Source: Spirochaetia bacterium (GTDB lineage Bacteria; Spirochaetota; Spirochaetia; SZUA-6; Bin103). From it: a stretch of DNA of 64,000 nt. Below are positions 9,613-18,962 of this stretch, piece after piece; within the stretch, counting starts at the first letter, position 1; every line of letters begins with the position of its first letter. Under the pieces are notes generated by a model. That model saw nothing but the letters and a program-made list of their open reading frames with translations. It was not told the DNA's origin and did not search any database. The position numbers and the translations under genes were made by a program. The stretch is taken from NCBI GenBank assembly GCA_965203905.1, contig CBDBDQ010000005.1:544001-608000 (forward strand), given 5' to 3'.

Positions 9613-11529
9613 GTGGTGGACGACGTGGCAACTGAATGGAAACCTGGCGATCCGATCGACTACATTCAGCCAGAGATCCCCGAGTTCGAGATGCCGCCCT
9701 ACGCAGGCCAGCGCTACCAGACCATGGTGCCGGACACGCTCGATCTGGCCGAGCGGGCGCGCCTGGCTATCCACGCCATGACCGAAAACCCCAACCCACA
9801 GGCTGACTATGAGTCCTACTGGGCCATCAAATGGACGCCTGTTCCCACGATGACATCGGATTTTCATAGCTCTACAATGACTCCCAAGTTTCAAGAGTCC
9901 GTGGTGTTGGATCGGATCATGAGCGGCAGCGAGCAGAATCTCCACGTGGACCGGCGCTGGATGGAGATCACCCTCCACATGCAAGGCCCGGATGGTCTCA
10001 TATACACCCCGACCGGGGGGCGGCCCTGGGCCTTCCGACTCGATCCGGCGCACTTGGCCGGCACGCCAAACGCCGGCGCCGGTCAGACCGTGGTTCCCTT
10101 TATCAACGGCCAGTTCCTGCGCACGATGTCGCTGTACGCCGCACGAGACGGAAGCTCGTTTTGGAACGACCCGCTCCGCCGGGCCGTAGATGGGCTGGTG
10201 GCATTAGCCATCGATGCGGGGGATTACGCCTACTACTGGCCGGGCCCCTTGTATGCCGAAAAGGCGCCGCCGCCCGATGTGAAGCCCCAGTATCAGTTCC
10301 ACATGACTGAGATAAGTCTGGTATTCTGGGGTCTGTTGTCCGCGTACCGGCAGATCAGCTATGAGCCGGCCCTGTCTTTGGCGCGCAAGCTCATTGCGTT
10401 TCACCGACCCACCTTCTTCACGCCGGAGGGCGCTTATCTGACCACCCAGAAGGGCGCATGGAAATCCCACGTCCACGGCCATGCCCGGGCTGTGCAGGCG
10501 ATGGCGGAGTACGCTCTGCTGACGGATGACCAGGAGCTGCTCGCGTTCGTTGTGAAAAGCTATGAATGGGCCAGATCCCGGTCAGAGGCGTTGACCGGCT
10601 ACATCCCCAACCTCATACCCAGCCCCGAATGGCAGCAGCCCGTGATCGAGGGTGACCTGGACGAAGGCACGGATGCGTCGTTCGTGGAGGATTCCTACAA
10701 CGGCTGTGAGATCATGGGGTTAGTCGACCTGATCGCCATCGCCTTGCAGTTGAGCGAAGCCGGTGTTGCGGACTATTGGGATGACGTCGACCGCTGGACG
10801 CGCAATATGTTGGCAGAATCTCAGCTGCTCCAGACTGACTGGGTCTACCACCTGCCAGGTTCGGCACGTGTGTCCCTGCAACTCGAACCGGGGCAGACGA
10901 CGGAGCGGGTGGCCGAACGTAATCTCGGCGCATGGGCGACGAATGCGACGCCGAATGATTGGTACGAGGGCCTTATCGGTTCGAGCGAGCATCTGCATGG
11001 TGACGGGTTCGTGCATGGCGACACGGCGGCCGGCGGGCGCGGCCTCTACTGGATCTGGCAGCGCATCCTCACCTACAACCAAGGCAAACTGAACGTGAAC
11101 CTGCTCTTCAACCGGGCTTCACCATGGGCGGATGTGGACAGCTATATCCCCTATCAGGGGCGTGTGGACGTCAAAGTGAAGCAGCCAGCGGACCTGGCGG
11201 TGCGCATTCCGGAGTGGGTAGCGCCACGAGAGGCTCGAGTGCAGGTGAACGGCAGCGAGCGCAGCCTGGGCTGGGCTGGCCGATATGCCCAGGTGGGCGG
11301 GGTGCAGCCCGAAGACAGGGTTACGCTCACCTTCCCGATTGCCGAGCGGACTGACGAGGTGTTCATACAGAAAAGAAAGTACACTCTGGTGCGCCGGGGT
11401 AACGACGTCGTTGCAATCTATCCACGCGGAAGATATTACCCGTTTTACCAACGTGACCATTATCGCAGTGGAGACCCCCGCTGGCGCAAGGTGATGCGTT
11501 TCTTGGCGGACCGACCGATCGATTGGTGA
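9613..11529 (+). CDS. GH127-like paralog lacking the catalytic cysteines
   Basis: Colinear with the upstream gene (VPDTLDLAERA, DYWDDVD, SYIPYQGRV, VRIPEW), but has CEIMG and HGDT at the E-x-C and CC positions. Confidence 0.6.
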   Translation: MVDDVATEWKPGDPIDYIQPEIPEFEMPPYAGQRYQTMVPDTLDLAERARLAIHAMTENPNPQADYESYWAIKWTPVPTMTSDFHSSTMTPKFQESVVLDRIMSGSEQNLHVDRRWMEITLHMQGPDGLIYTPTGGRPWAFRLDPAHLAGTPNAGAGQTVVPFINGQFLRTMSLYAARDGSSFWNDPLRRAVDGLVALAIDAGDYAYYWPGPLYAEKAPPPDVKPQYQFHMTEISLVFWGLLSAYRQISYEPALSLARKLIAFHRPTFFTPEGAYLTTQKGAWKSHVHGHARAVQAMAEYALLTDDQELLAFVVKSYEWARSRSEALTGYIPNLIPSPEWQQPVIEGDLDEGTDASFVEDSYNGCEIMGLVDLIAIALQLSEAGVADYWDDVDRWTRNMLAESQLLQTDWVYHLPGSARVSLQLEPGQTTERVAERNLGAWATNATPNDWYEGLIGSSEHLHGDGFVHGDTAAGGRGLYWIWQRILTYNQGKLNVNLLFNRASPWADVDSYIPYQGRVDVKVKQPADLAVRIPEWVAPREARVQVNGSERSLGWAGRYAQVGGVQPEDRVTLTFPIAERTDEVFIQKRKYTLVRRGNDVVAIYPRGRYYPFYQRDHYRSGDPRWRKVMRFLADRPIDW

Positions 11530-11570
11530 ATCGCAGACGAACCCGGCAAACGAATTGATTTTCGGAGTAC

Positions 11571-11603
11571 ATGAAACGGCGACTCGGCGTTATCGGCTGT
11601 TGG
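11571..11603 (+). pseudogene. Possible 5' relic of a Gfo/Idh/MocA oxidoreductase
   Basis: GGAG RBS, then MKRRLGVIGC (like Rossmann strand 1); similarity is lost immediately afterwards. Confidence 0.35.
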
Positions 11604-11677
11604 CAGCCGGCAACATACGAAACGAATCTCAGCAGGCGTTTGCCGCGGAGCAGTTTCGGTCGATCCCAGCATCCGTG

Positions 11678-12811
11678 TCATAGACGGCGATCATCGCGTC
11701 CGCTTTGGCGGCCATCTTCACCCTCGAGGATCCAGCCGACATCGAACCGCGCGCAGGTGACGTACTTCGTGTCGTACTCACGCCCGATCGCTTGGTCCTC
11801 GTAGAGGCAGCAGACAAGGTGTTCCTGATTCTGCGTGAGGTCGGAGTAACCTGATTGTCCGGGCTCGATGACCCGCGATGCCGTCCAGGTGGCGCAGTCG
11901 TCGGTACTACGCTTGACGGTCAGGCGCTTGCGGTCGTGGGCGACCTGATCCGGAGAGGTGAGCTCGTGCTCGAGGACGTCGCAGTTGACGAAGAGGACGC
12001 TCCCATCGTCCACACGCAGAATGCTGGCCATGCAGACGGGCTCGAGAAGGTCGTCATCCGTTTCAGGTTCGGACCACCGGGTAACCCCGTCCGGACTGAT
12101 CGAAACGTAGCGACGGTGCCGAAGCGACTCGGTGCGGATGTTGAAGAGTACCCCCCCGTCTGAAAGCTCCAGCGCAAGCGCCTCGCTCGGGTTGACGACA
12201 TCGCCCTGCCCGTGGCGGCAGAGAATATCGGCGCGCTGCCAGGTCGCCCCGTGGTCATCGCTGTAGACGCCGGCAACGACGGATGGACGATGGCCGAGAT
12301 TGCCGGGACCGAACTCCGTACTGCTGCCGTCCGACATCCAGAGCGGGACGATGTAGCGTCCGGTCTGCAACTGAATACCGTGGCCGGGGCCCGTCCCGAT
12401 GACGCGCCACGGGTAGTCCTCTCGGAAAGGCTCGAAGGTCGACGTGATATCGACAGGTTCTGACCACGTAGCACCGTCATCTTCGCTGCGCGTGGAAAAG
12501 ACACGGGCGTAATTGTGACAGAAGAGCGCATGCACGGCCCCGTCGGATCTGTCAATGATCATCACGAAGTTGCTGATCGGCCCTGGACCAAAGTCCTCGT
12601 ACCTCGCGATGGCGTCCATCGGTCGCCAGGTTCCGCCCCCATCGTCACTGCGACGTACGACGACATCGTTGCTGTCCCAGTCGCCGCCCTTGCCCCGACG
12701 CGCTTCGGCCGTTGCGATCAGGACCCCCGACTTCGTGCAGAGGATGGCGGGAATGCGATACGTGCGATAGCCCTGGGTTTGGGCCTCGAACAGATGGGTC
12801 TTGTCGAACAT
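11678..12811 (-). CDS. Exo-alpha-sialidase family protein (GH33-like)
   Basis: YRIP motif, EAR, Asp-boxes (SDDGGGTW, SEDDGATW, SDDHGATW), GPGHGIQL, SGYSDL. Confidence 0.88.
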   Translation of the reverse strand: MFDKTHLFEAQTQGYRTYRIPAILCTKSGVLIATAEARRGKGGDWDSNDVVVRRSDDGGGTWRPMDAIARYEDFGPGPISNFVMIIDRSDGAVHALFCHNYARVFSTRSEDDGATWSEPVDITSTFEPFREDYPWRVIGTGPGHGIQLQTGRYIVPLWMSDGSSTEFGPGNLGHRPSVVAGVYSDDHGATWQRADILCRHGQGDVVNPSEALALELSDGGVLFNIRTESLRHRRYVSISPDGVTRWSEPETDDDLLEPVCMASILRVDDGSVLFVNCDVLEHELTSPDQVAHDRKRLTVKRSTDDCATWTASRVIEPGQSGYSDLTQNQEHLVCCLYEDQAIGREYDTKYVTCARFDVGWILEGEDGRQSGRDDRRL

Positions 12812-12814
12812 TGG

Positions 12815-13762
12815 CTATCCCCGTACGACGCCGTACGCCGACAGCCCGTAGAGATAACGCACCGCCGGCGACATTCGGGCCGCCAGCTCCTCGGTGATGC
12901 AGGCCCGGTACTCCGAGAACGGCTTGATCCAGCCGCATTGATAGAAGGAGATGACTGCGCGCCGCGGGCCACTGGTGGAGTTGGGCCCGGCGCGGTGCCA
13001 CGTGCTGGCCAGCCAGATCGCCGCTGAACCGGCAGGCGCCGTCAACGCCACCTCGTCGTCCCGCTCGCCCTTCGCCCACGTTGGCTTCCTGCGGGTCAGG
13101 TGACTGCCTGGCACGATCCGTGTCGCCCCGTTCTCGTGCGTGAAGTCGTCGATCATCCAGGCCACCTGGATACCCAGAGGGAAGTCCGGCAGCGGCTCGC
13201 GCATCTGCGTCAGGGGATTGTCCAGATGCCAGGAGCCGCCCTTGGTGCCCGCGCCAATGCTGGTGGCGGAGATGTCGCCGATGACACAGTCGCCACCAAG
13301 CAGGAGACCAGCCAGTCCGTGGACCACCGGGTGCGCTGCGAGCCGATCGGCAAGCTCGGTCTTGACCGGGAGGTTGCGCACGTATTGCGAGCGATCGTCG
13401 TCGAACAGGTTCGGGATGTGGATGAACGTCTTGTTGAGCTTGCGCAGCTCGACCGGCCATGGCGTGTCGAAGTTCTGCGCGCGGGTATGGCGGATGCGCC
13501 GCATCATGCGGTCCAGCTCGCTGTCACTCACCGCGTATGATTCGGCAAGGTAGGCGCGGATCTCCGCATCCTCGGGACGGGCGGGGCCGTCACCCGGATC
13601 GTACGGGGTCTCCCGTTCTCGCGCGAACAGATCCGCGAGCACCGAGCGCAGCTCCGCCAGCAGGTCGGGTTCCAGCAGCCCCTCCAGCACCACGAAGCCC
13701 TGCTGGCTCAACTGCGCGCCGAGCGCGGCCAGGTCGCGTGACGCCATCAGCTCCCTCGTCAC
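12815..13762 (-). CDS. Phytanoyl-CoA dioxygenase family (PhyH) Fe(II)/2OG oxygenase
   Basis: WHLD, NGATRIVPGSH and WHRAG..R facial-triad motifs. Confidence 0.88.
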   Translation of the reverse strand: MTRELMASRDLAALGAQLSQQGFVVLEGLLEPDLLAELRSVLADLFARERETPYDPGDGPARPEDAEIRAYLAESYAVSDSELDRMMRRIRHTRAQNFDTPWPVELRKLNKTFIHIPNLFDDDRSQYVRNLPVKTELADRLAAHPVVHGLAGLLLGGDCVIGDISATSIGAGTKGGSWHLDNPLTQMREPLPDFPLGIQVAWMIDDFTHENGATRIVPGSHLTRRKPTWAKGERDDEVALTAPAGSAAIWLASTWHRAGPNSTSGPRRAVISFYQCGWIKPFSEYRACITEELAARMSPAVRYLYGLSAYGVVRG

Positions 13763-14478
13763 GTCGGCTGGTAGGCGGACGGCTCGAGCACCACGATGGT
13801 CGGTCGGCCGAGCCCTCCTTCCGGCAGGGGAAACGTCACCGTGTGGTGCCGCGGGAAGATGAGCGGATGCCGGGAGCGGCGCCCCAGGAACACGTCGAGC
13901 GTGGTCATCCCCGCGGTGAGGGGCGCCAGGTTGTAGTGCATGGGCACGATCCAGGTCGGGTCGAGGATGTCGATCATGGGGTCCAGCTCGTCCAGCCGCA
14001 AGGTGAGGTTCTCGCCGACCAGGGCCAGCAGCACGTCGCAGCGGCCGGCGAAGGGCGCGAGCTCATCGGCGCCAATGCCGTAGCCCAGGTCGCCCATGTG
14101 CAGGAACCACAGGCCGCCCGCCCTGAACGCGTACAGAGCGTTGTCGTCCGGTCCCTCCGGATGGTGGGGGGCCTCGGCCGCCTGCACGGCATACAGCGGC
14201 TCATCATTGACACGCTCCTCGCGGCCCTGAGCGACGTCCAGCGCGTTGATCACCCGCGGCTCGCCGGCGACCGCCTGGTGGTAGGCGTGCGCCTGGTCCG
14301 TGAGCGAGCTTACGATGACGGTGTCCGCCTCCAGGCGGAAGTCCAGCACCGCCGGATCCGCGATGCCGCACGCCGCGGCAACCACCGCAGGATCGTAGGG
14401 ATCCATGGCGATGGCCGAGCCGTCCTCCTGGCGCAGCAGGAAGCACGCCAATCCCACCCACTGCAGTTGAACCGCCAT
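13759..14478 (-). CDS. MBL-fold protein (Lactamase_B_3-like) with a degenerate metal motif
   Basis: GLACF, MDPY, HMGDLG, PMHY; SSLTDQAH in place of HxHxDH. Confidence 0.75.
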   Translation of the reverse strand: MAVQLQWVGLACFLLRQEDGSAIAMDPYDPAVVAAACGIADPAVLDFRLEADTVIVSSLTDQAHAYHQAVAGEPRVINALDVAQGREERVNDEPLYAVQAAEAPHHPEGPDDNALYAFRAGGLWFLHMGDLGYGIGADELAPFAGRCDVLLALVGENLTLRLDELDPMIDILDPTWIVPMHYNLAPLTAGMTTLDVFLGRRSRHPLIFPRHHTVTFPLPEGGLGRPTIVVLEPSAYQPT

Positions 14479-14482
14479 CCGC

Positions 14483-15496
14483 TCAGTCTCCCGACCGCGT
14501 CTCGCCCAGCCCGCCGGCTCGTTCCATGCCGGCGATCTCCCACCACTTGGCCCCCGGCGGTTTCTCCAGGACGAGGGGCTTCAGGAACGCCACTGACTTG
14601 TCCAGGCCCTCCTCGACCTCGAAGTACTCGCTCTCCATCTCCAGCGAGATGACGTGGTCATAGCCGGTAAGGCGCAGCGTCGTGACGAACTCGCGCCAGG
14701 TCGCCTCGTCGTGGCCCCAGCCGGCCAGCGTGTAGGTCCAGGAGCGCTCGGCAGACTGCTCGGTGGAGGTGCTGTCCATCATGCCGCGCACCCGGGCGTT
14801 GTGCCGATTGATCAGGATGTCCTTGGCGTGGACGTGCTGGACCAGCGGGCCCAGGTAGTACAGCGCGTCGACCGGATCGATGCCCTGGTACCAGAGGTGG
14901 GAGATGTCGAAGTTGCAGGCGACGACCGGGCCGATCTCCTCGTGCAGCCGCTTCAGCGTCACCGGGTTGTGGATCATGTCGCCGCCGTGCATCTCGAAGC
15001 ACAGCGTCACGCCGTGATCTGCGGCGATCTTGCCATGCTCCCGCCAGTACGGAAGCAGGCGCTGCTCCCACTGCCAGTCCAGCGTGTCGCGCAGGAACGG
15101 CCACTCGGCGAACGTCACCCAGTTGGGGGCGGTGTCGCCCTCGGCCCCTTCGGGCAGACCGGCCAGCAAGGTGATGCGCTTGATGCCGGCGCGCTCCATC
15201 AGCTCGCAGGTCTGGCGAAACTCGCGCGAATAGGTCGCGGCGGTCTGTTTGTCCGGCAGGAGCGGTGCGCCGTGCCCCCCGAGCGCGCTGATCTCGAGGT
15301 CGTAGCGTGCGAAGGTGTCCAACCAGCGCTGGATCTCGCCTGGGTCGGCGAGCAGCCGCTCGGTAGCGCAGTAGCCCCGCCCCCAGAGCCCGCAGGCTCC
15401 GACCTCCACCGCCTGGAATCCCTTGTCCCGTGCGTAGCGCAGCCCATCCTCGAAATCGAACTGCTCGAGGTTCTGAGAGATCACGCCGAGCTTCAT
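14483..15496 (-). CDS. Sugar phosphate isomerase/epimerase (xylose isomerase-like TIM barrel)
   Basis: FEMHG, NFDISH, HVHAKD and SLEME metal ligands; start at MKLGVI after GGAG. Confidence 0.88.
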   Translation of the reverse strand: MKLGVISQNLEQFDFEDGLRYARDKGFQAVEVGACGLWGRGYCATERLLADPGEIQRWLDTFARYDLEISALGGHGAPLLPDKQTAATYSREFRQTCELMERAGIKRITLLAGLPEGAEGDTAPNWVTFAEWPFLRDTLDWQWEQRLLPYWREHGKIAADHGVTLCFEMHGGDMIHNPVTLKRLHEEIGPVVACNFDISHLWYQGIDPVDALYYLGPLVQHVHAKDILINRHNARVRGMMDSTSTEQSAERSWTYTLAGWGHDEATWREFVTTLRLTGYDHVISLEMESEYFEVEEGLDKSVAFLKPLVLEKPPGAKWWEIAGMERAGGLGETRSGD

Positions 15497-15512
15497 TTCA
15501 TCTCCCCTGCGC

Positions 15513-16310
15513 TCACTGCCCGAGCGCGTCGCGAACATCGGCGAGAGCCGTGGTCAGCACCTGGCGTTTGAGCACCAGATCCACACCCACGAAGAACACC
15601 CGCACGCCGAGGTCGCGGTAGTGACTGGCCTGATCGGTGCTGAAGGCGCCCGCGGTCGGAATCTTGCCCGCCGCGGCCGCCGCGCTGATCACGCCCTCGA
15701 TCTTGGCAGCCTGCCGGTCCTGGGCTTCGGTGCCGTACAGCCCGAGGCCGACCGCCCAGTCCATCGGCCCCACCGTCACCAGGTCGATACCCTCGACTTC
15801 CAGAATCGCGTCCAGCGCTGCGTAGCCCTCGTCGCTCTCGATCATCACCATCAGGTGGGTCCGGGCATTGGCTTCGCGCAGCCGCTGCCGTGGATCGGTG
15901 CCCATCGTGAACTCGGTGCCGGCGCTGGCGCTGGAGACCCCGCGCTGCCCCAGAGGGGGGTATTTGCCCATCTGCACGAACCGGGCCGCCTCGCTGGCGT
16001 TGCTCACGTCCGGCAGCGTCAGGACCTGAATGCCGCCATCGAGCAGGCGCTGCACGTGGGTGCGCGACAGCTCCGGCATCCGCACCAGAGGCACCATACC
16101 CAGATGGGTGATCGTGCGGCCAAGCCGCAGCACCTCCGCCGTGGACTGCGCACCATGTTCCATGTCGAGCCAGACGACGTGATAGCCGGCCTGGGCCATC
16201 AGCTCGATATCGGTGAGCGTGGCGTCGCGGCAGATCACCCCGAACAGCGACTCGTGCTCCTGCAGGAGATCACCGAGTCGGTCGTGTAGCGGCTGCGTGT
16301 CCTTGTCCAT
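15513..16310 (-). CDS. HpcH/HpaI class II aldolase family protein
   Basis: WLDMEHG, KYPPLGQRG, MIES, VGPMD; start trimmed to MDKDTQ. Confidence 0.88.
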   Translation of the reverse strand: MDKDTQPLHDRLGDLLQEHESLFGVICRDATLTDIELMAQAGYHVVWLDMEHGAQSTAEVLRLGRTITHLGMVPLVRMPELSRTHVQRLLDGGIQVLTLPDVSNASEAARFVQMGKYPPLGQRGVSSASAGTEFTMGTDPRQRLREANARTHLMVMIESDEGYAALDAILEVEGIDLVTVGPMDWAVGLGLYGTEAQDRQAAKIEGVISAAAAAGKIPTAGAFSTDQASHYRDLGVRVFFVGVDLVLKRQVLTTALADVRDALGQ

Positions 16311-16344
16311 TGGTCCCTTCGCTGTTGGCGTGTACGTTACACGA

Positions 16345-17331
16345 TTACCCGCGCCAGGCGACAGCGGCACCCGCGGCGCCCGGCACCGAGACGCGAACGC
16401 GGTACAGGGACGGGCGGGCGGTGATGTAGAGGCTCCTGCGGTCGTCGTCGCCCCAGGCGCAGTTGGTCGGGCGCTCCGGGGTGACAATGACCCCGAGACA
16501 GGTGCCGGTGGGCTCGAAGACCCAGACGCCGGTGGCGCCCGCCACGTACAGGTGGCCTTCCACGTCGACCTTCATGCCGTCGGGAGCGCCGGGCTGGGGG
16601 TGGTCCATGTCAGCGAAGATGCGCGAGTCGGTCAGGCCTCCGCCGGCATCTACGGCGAAGGCGCGCACGTGGCGGCGCGGCGAATCACCGACGTACAACA
16701 GCGACTCGTCGGGCGAGAACGCCAGCCCGTTGGGGCGATCGAAATCGCCCACGAGCAGCTCCACCGTCCCGTCCGTCCGAATGCGGTAGAGGCCGTTGCA
16801 GGGCTGTTCCTGCTCCGCCCGAACCGAGGACGACTCACCGGGAGTGATGCCGTAGGGCGGATCCGTGAAGTAGACGCTGCCGTCGGATTTGACGACCACG
16901 TCGTTGGGGCTGTTGAGGCGTTTACCCTGGTACCGATCGGCCAGCACCGTCCGCGTACCGTCGGCCTCGATGCGTGATACGCGCCGATTGCCCTGTTCGC
17001 AGGCCACCACACGGCTCTGCCCGTCCGTGGCCAGGCCGTTCGCGTTGCCAGTGGGCTCGCGCCACAGCTGGACGTGCCCGGCGATCGCCGCGGGCCGGTC
17101 GGACTGGCCGGCCCGGACGGGCGCACTGGATCCGCCGGACCCGCTGGACTGCTCCGGCCGACCGGATCGGGCGTTGTGGTCCGCGACGGCCCGCCACTGG
17201 TAAATGCGGTCGGCCGGGATATCGGAGAACAGCAGGTAGCCGTCCGGCATCCACACCGGGCCCTCGGTGAACCGAAATCCGGTGGCAAGCCGTTCGGGGT
17301 CGCCGGATTCGACCAGCGTCGCGAGTCTCAC
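16345..17331 (-). CDS. SMP-30/gluconolactonase family protein
   Basis: FTEGPVW, LNSPND, FTDPPYG, PNGLAFSPD, PDGMKVD; contains a ~35-aa low-complexity insertion. Confidence 0.92.
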   Translation of the reverse strand: MRLATLVESGDPERLATGFRFTEGPVWMPDGYLLFSDIPADRIYQWRAVADHNARSGRPEQSSGSGGSSAPVRAGQSDRPAAIAGHVQLWREPTGNANGLATDGQSRVVACEQGNRRVSRIEADGTRTVLADRYQGKRLNSPNDVVVKSDGSVYFTDPPYGITPGESSSVRAEQEQPCNGLYRIRTDGTVELLVGDFDRPNGLAFSPDESLLYVGDSPRRHVRAFAVDAGGGLTDSRIFADMDHPQPGAPDGMKVDVEGHLYVAGATGVWVFEPTGTCLGVIVTPERPTNCAWGDDDRRSLYITARPSLYRVRVSVPGAAGAAVAWRG

Positions 17332-17349
17332 GGCACGCTCCCGAGCCGC

Positions 17350-18060
17350 TCAGCTCGGCTGATAGCCGGAGGGCTCGAGCAGCACGATCGAAGGCCGTCC
17401 GAGCTCGGACGCCGGGAGTGGGAAGGTCACCGTGTGGTGGCGGGGATAGATAATGGGATCCCGCGGCCGGCGCTCCAGGAACGCGTCGATCTTGGTCATC
17501 ACCCTCTTCTGGCCGCTGACCGGCGCCAGGTTGTAGTGCATCGGCACGATCCAGGTTGGGCTCAGGATGTCAATCATCGGCTCCAGCTCATCCAGCGTCA
17601 GCGTCAGTCCCTCGCCGGTCAGCGCAAGGAGGACGTCGCAGCGGCCGGCGAAGGGCGCGAGCTGCTCCGCGTCGAGCCCGTACCCGAGGTCGCCCATGTG
17701 CAGGAACCACAGACCGCCCGCCTGGAACGCGTAGAGGGCGTTGTCGTCGGCGCCGTCGGGGTGGTCCGGCGCCTCCGCCGCCTCGACGGTCACCAGGGGC
17801 TCGCCGTCGACCAGCGTCGCGCCAGGATCGCGCGCCACATTCAGGGCGTTGATTACCCGGGGCTCGCCAGCAATCAGCCCGACATTGCCGTGGGCCACGT
17901 CGGTGAGCGAGCTGGCGATGACCGTGTCGGCCTGGATCTTCGATCCATCATCGACCAACCCGATCGCGGCAGGCGTGTACGGGTCCATGGCGATGGCGCG
18001 ACCGCCGTCCTGCCAGAGGCGGAAGCACGCCATACCCACCCACTCGAGATGAACAGCCAT
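17350..18060 (-). CDS. MBL-fold protein, close paralog of 13759-14478
   Basis: Long near-identical stretches (DDNALYAF.AGGLWFLHMGDLGYG, PTWIVPMHYNLAP); SSLTDVAH in place of HxHxDH. Confidence 0.75.
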   Translation of the reverse strand: MAVHLEWVGMACFRLWQDGGRAIAMDPYTPAAIGLVDDGSKIQADTVIASSLTDVAHGNVGLIAGEPRVINALNVARDPGATLVDGEPLVTVEAAEAPDHPDGADDNALYAFQAGGLWFLHMGDLGYGLDAEQLAPFAGRCDVLLALTGEGLTLTLDELEPMIDILSPTWIVPMHYNLAPVSGQKRVMTKIDAFLERRPRDPIIYPRHHTVTFPLPASELGRPSIVLLEPSGYQPS

Positions 18061-18149
18061 TGTCACGTCCCCCTGCGGTTCGTGTTGAGCCCCAAGCTAC
18101 CAGGGTCTGGCCTTCCCTGCTACGGCCTGGGAGCACGAGATCCTCTAGA

Positions 18150-18914
18150 TCAGCCGGCGGTCCAGGCGCCGTCGACCGACAACATGGTCCCGGTGACGAA
18201 GGCGGCGTCGTCGGAGCTCAGCCACACCACGGCGGCAGCGACCTCCTCGGGCTCGCCGAGGCGTCCGATCGGATGGTACGCGGTCAGATGCGCTACATCC
18301 GCCGCGTCCTCCAGCCGCCCGCCGTGCATACGCGTGCGGATCACCCCGGGACACACTGCGTTCACCCGGATCCCGTGCTCGGCATACTCCAGCGCCGCTG
18401 CTCTGGTGAGTCCCACCACGCCGTGCTTGCTGGTCACATAGGCGGCGGCATTGCGGGCCCCCACCAGACCGGTGGCAGACGCCATGTTGACGATGACACC
18501 GCTTCCCTGCTCCAGCATGCGCAGCACCTCGTACTTGACGCACAGCCAGACGCCCTTGAGGTTGACCGCCATCACCCGGTCCCAGTCCTCTTCACGGTAC
18601 TCGTGGGTGCGGCTCAGGCTGCCGACGCCGGCGTTGTTGAATGCGCAGTCCAGCCGGCCGAACACGGCTACCGTGGCGGCGACCATGGCCTCGACCGAGC
18701 CCGCCTGGGTCACGTCGGTCGCGATGAAGCGAGCCGCACCGCCACGCTCGCGGACCGCGCGTGCGGTGTCCTCGCCCCCGGCCTGGTCCACGTCGGCCAC
18801 GACCACACTGGCGCCAGCGTCGGCAAATGCCAGCGCTGTCGCGCGCCCGATTCCCGCGCCACCGCCGGTGACCAGCGTCACCTTGCCGTCCAGGTCGGCA
18901 GCGGCTAGCGGCAT
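18150..18914 (-). CDS. Short-chain dehydrogenase/reductase
   Basis: TGGGAGIG, NNAG, YVTSK. Confidence 0.93.
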   Translation of the reverse strand: MPLAAADLDGKVTLVTGGGAGIGRATALAFADAGASVVVADVDQAGGEDTARAVRERGGAARFIATDVTQAGSVEAMVAATVAVFGRLDCAFNNAGVGSLSRTHEYREEDWDRVMAVNLKGVWLCVKYEVLRMLEQGSGVIVNMASATGLVGARNAAAYVTSKHGVVGLTRAAALEYAEHGIRVNAVCPGVIRTRMHGGRLEDAADVAHLTAYHPIGRLGEPEEVAAAVVWLSSDDAAFVTGTMLSVDGAWTAG

Positions 18915-18962
18915 CTGCCGTCGGCTCCCGATCGGAGGCCGCCTTGCGTGCTGCCCGTCACC

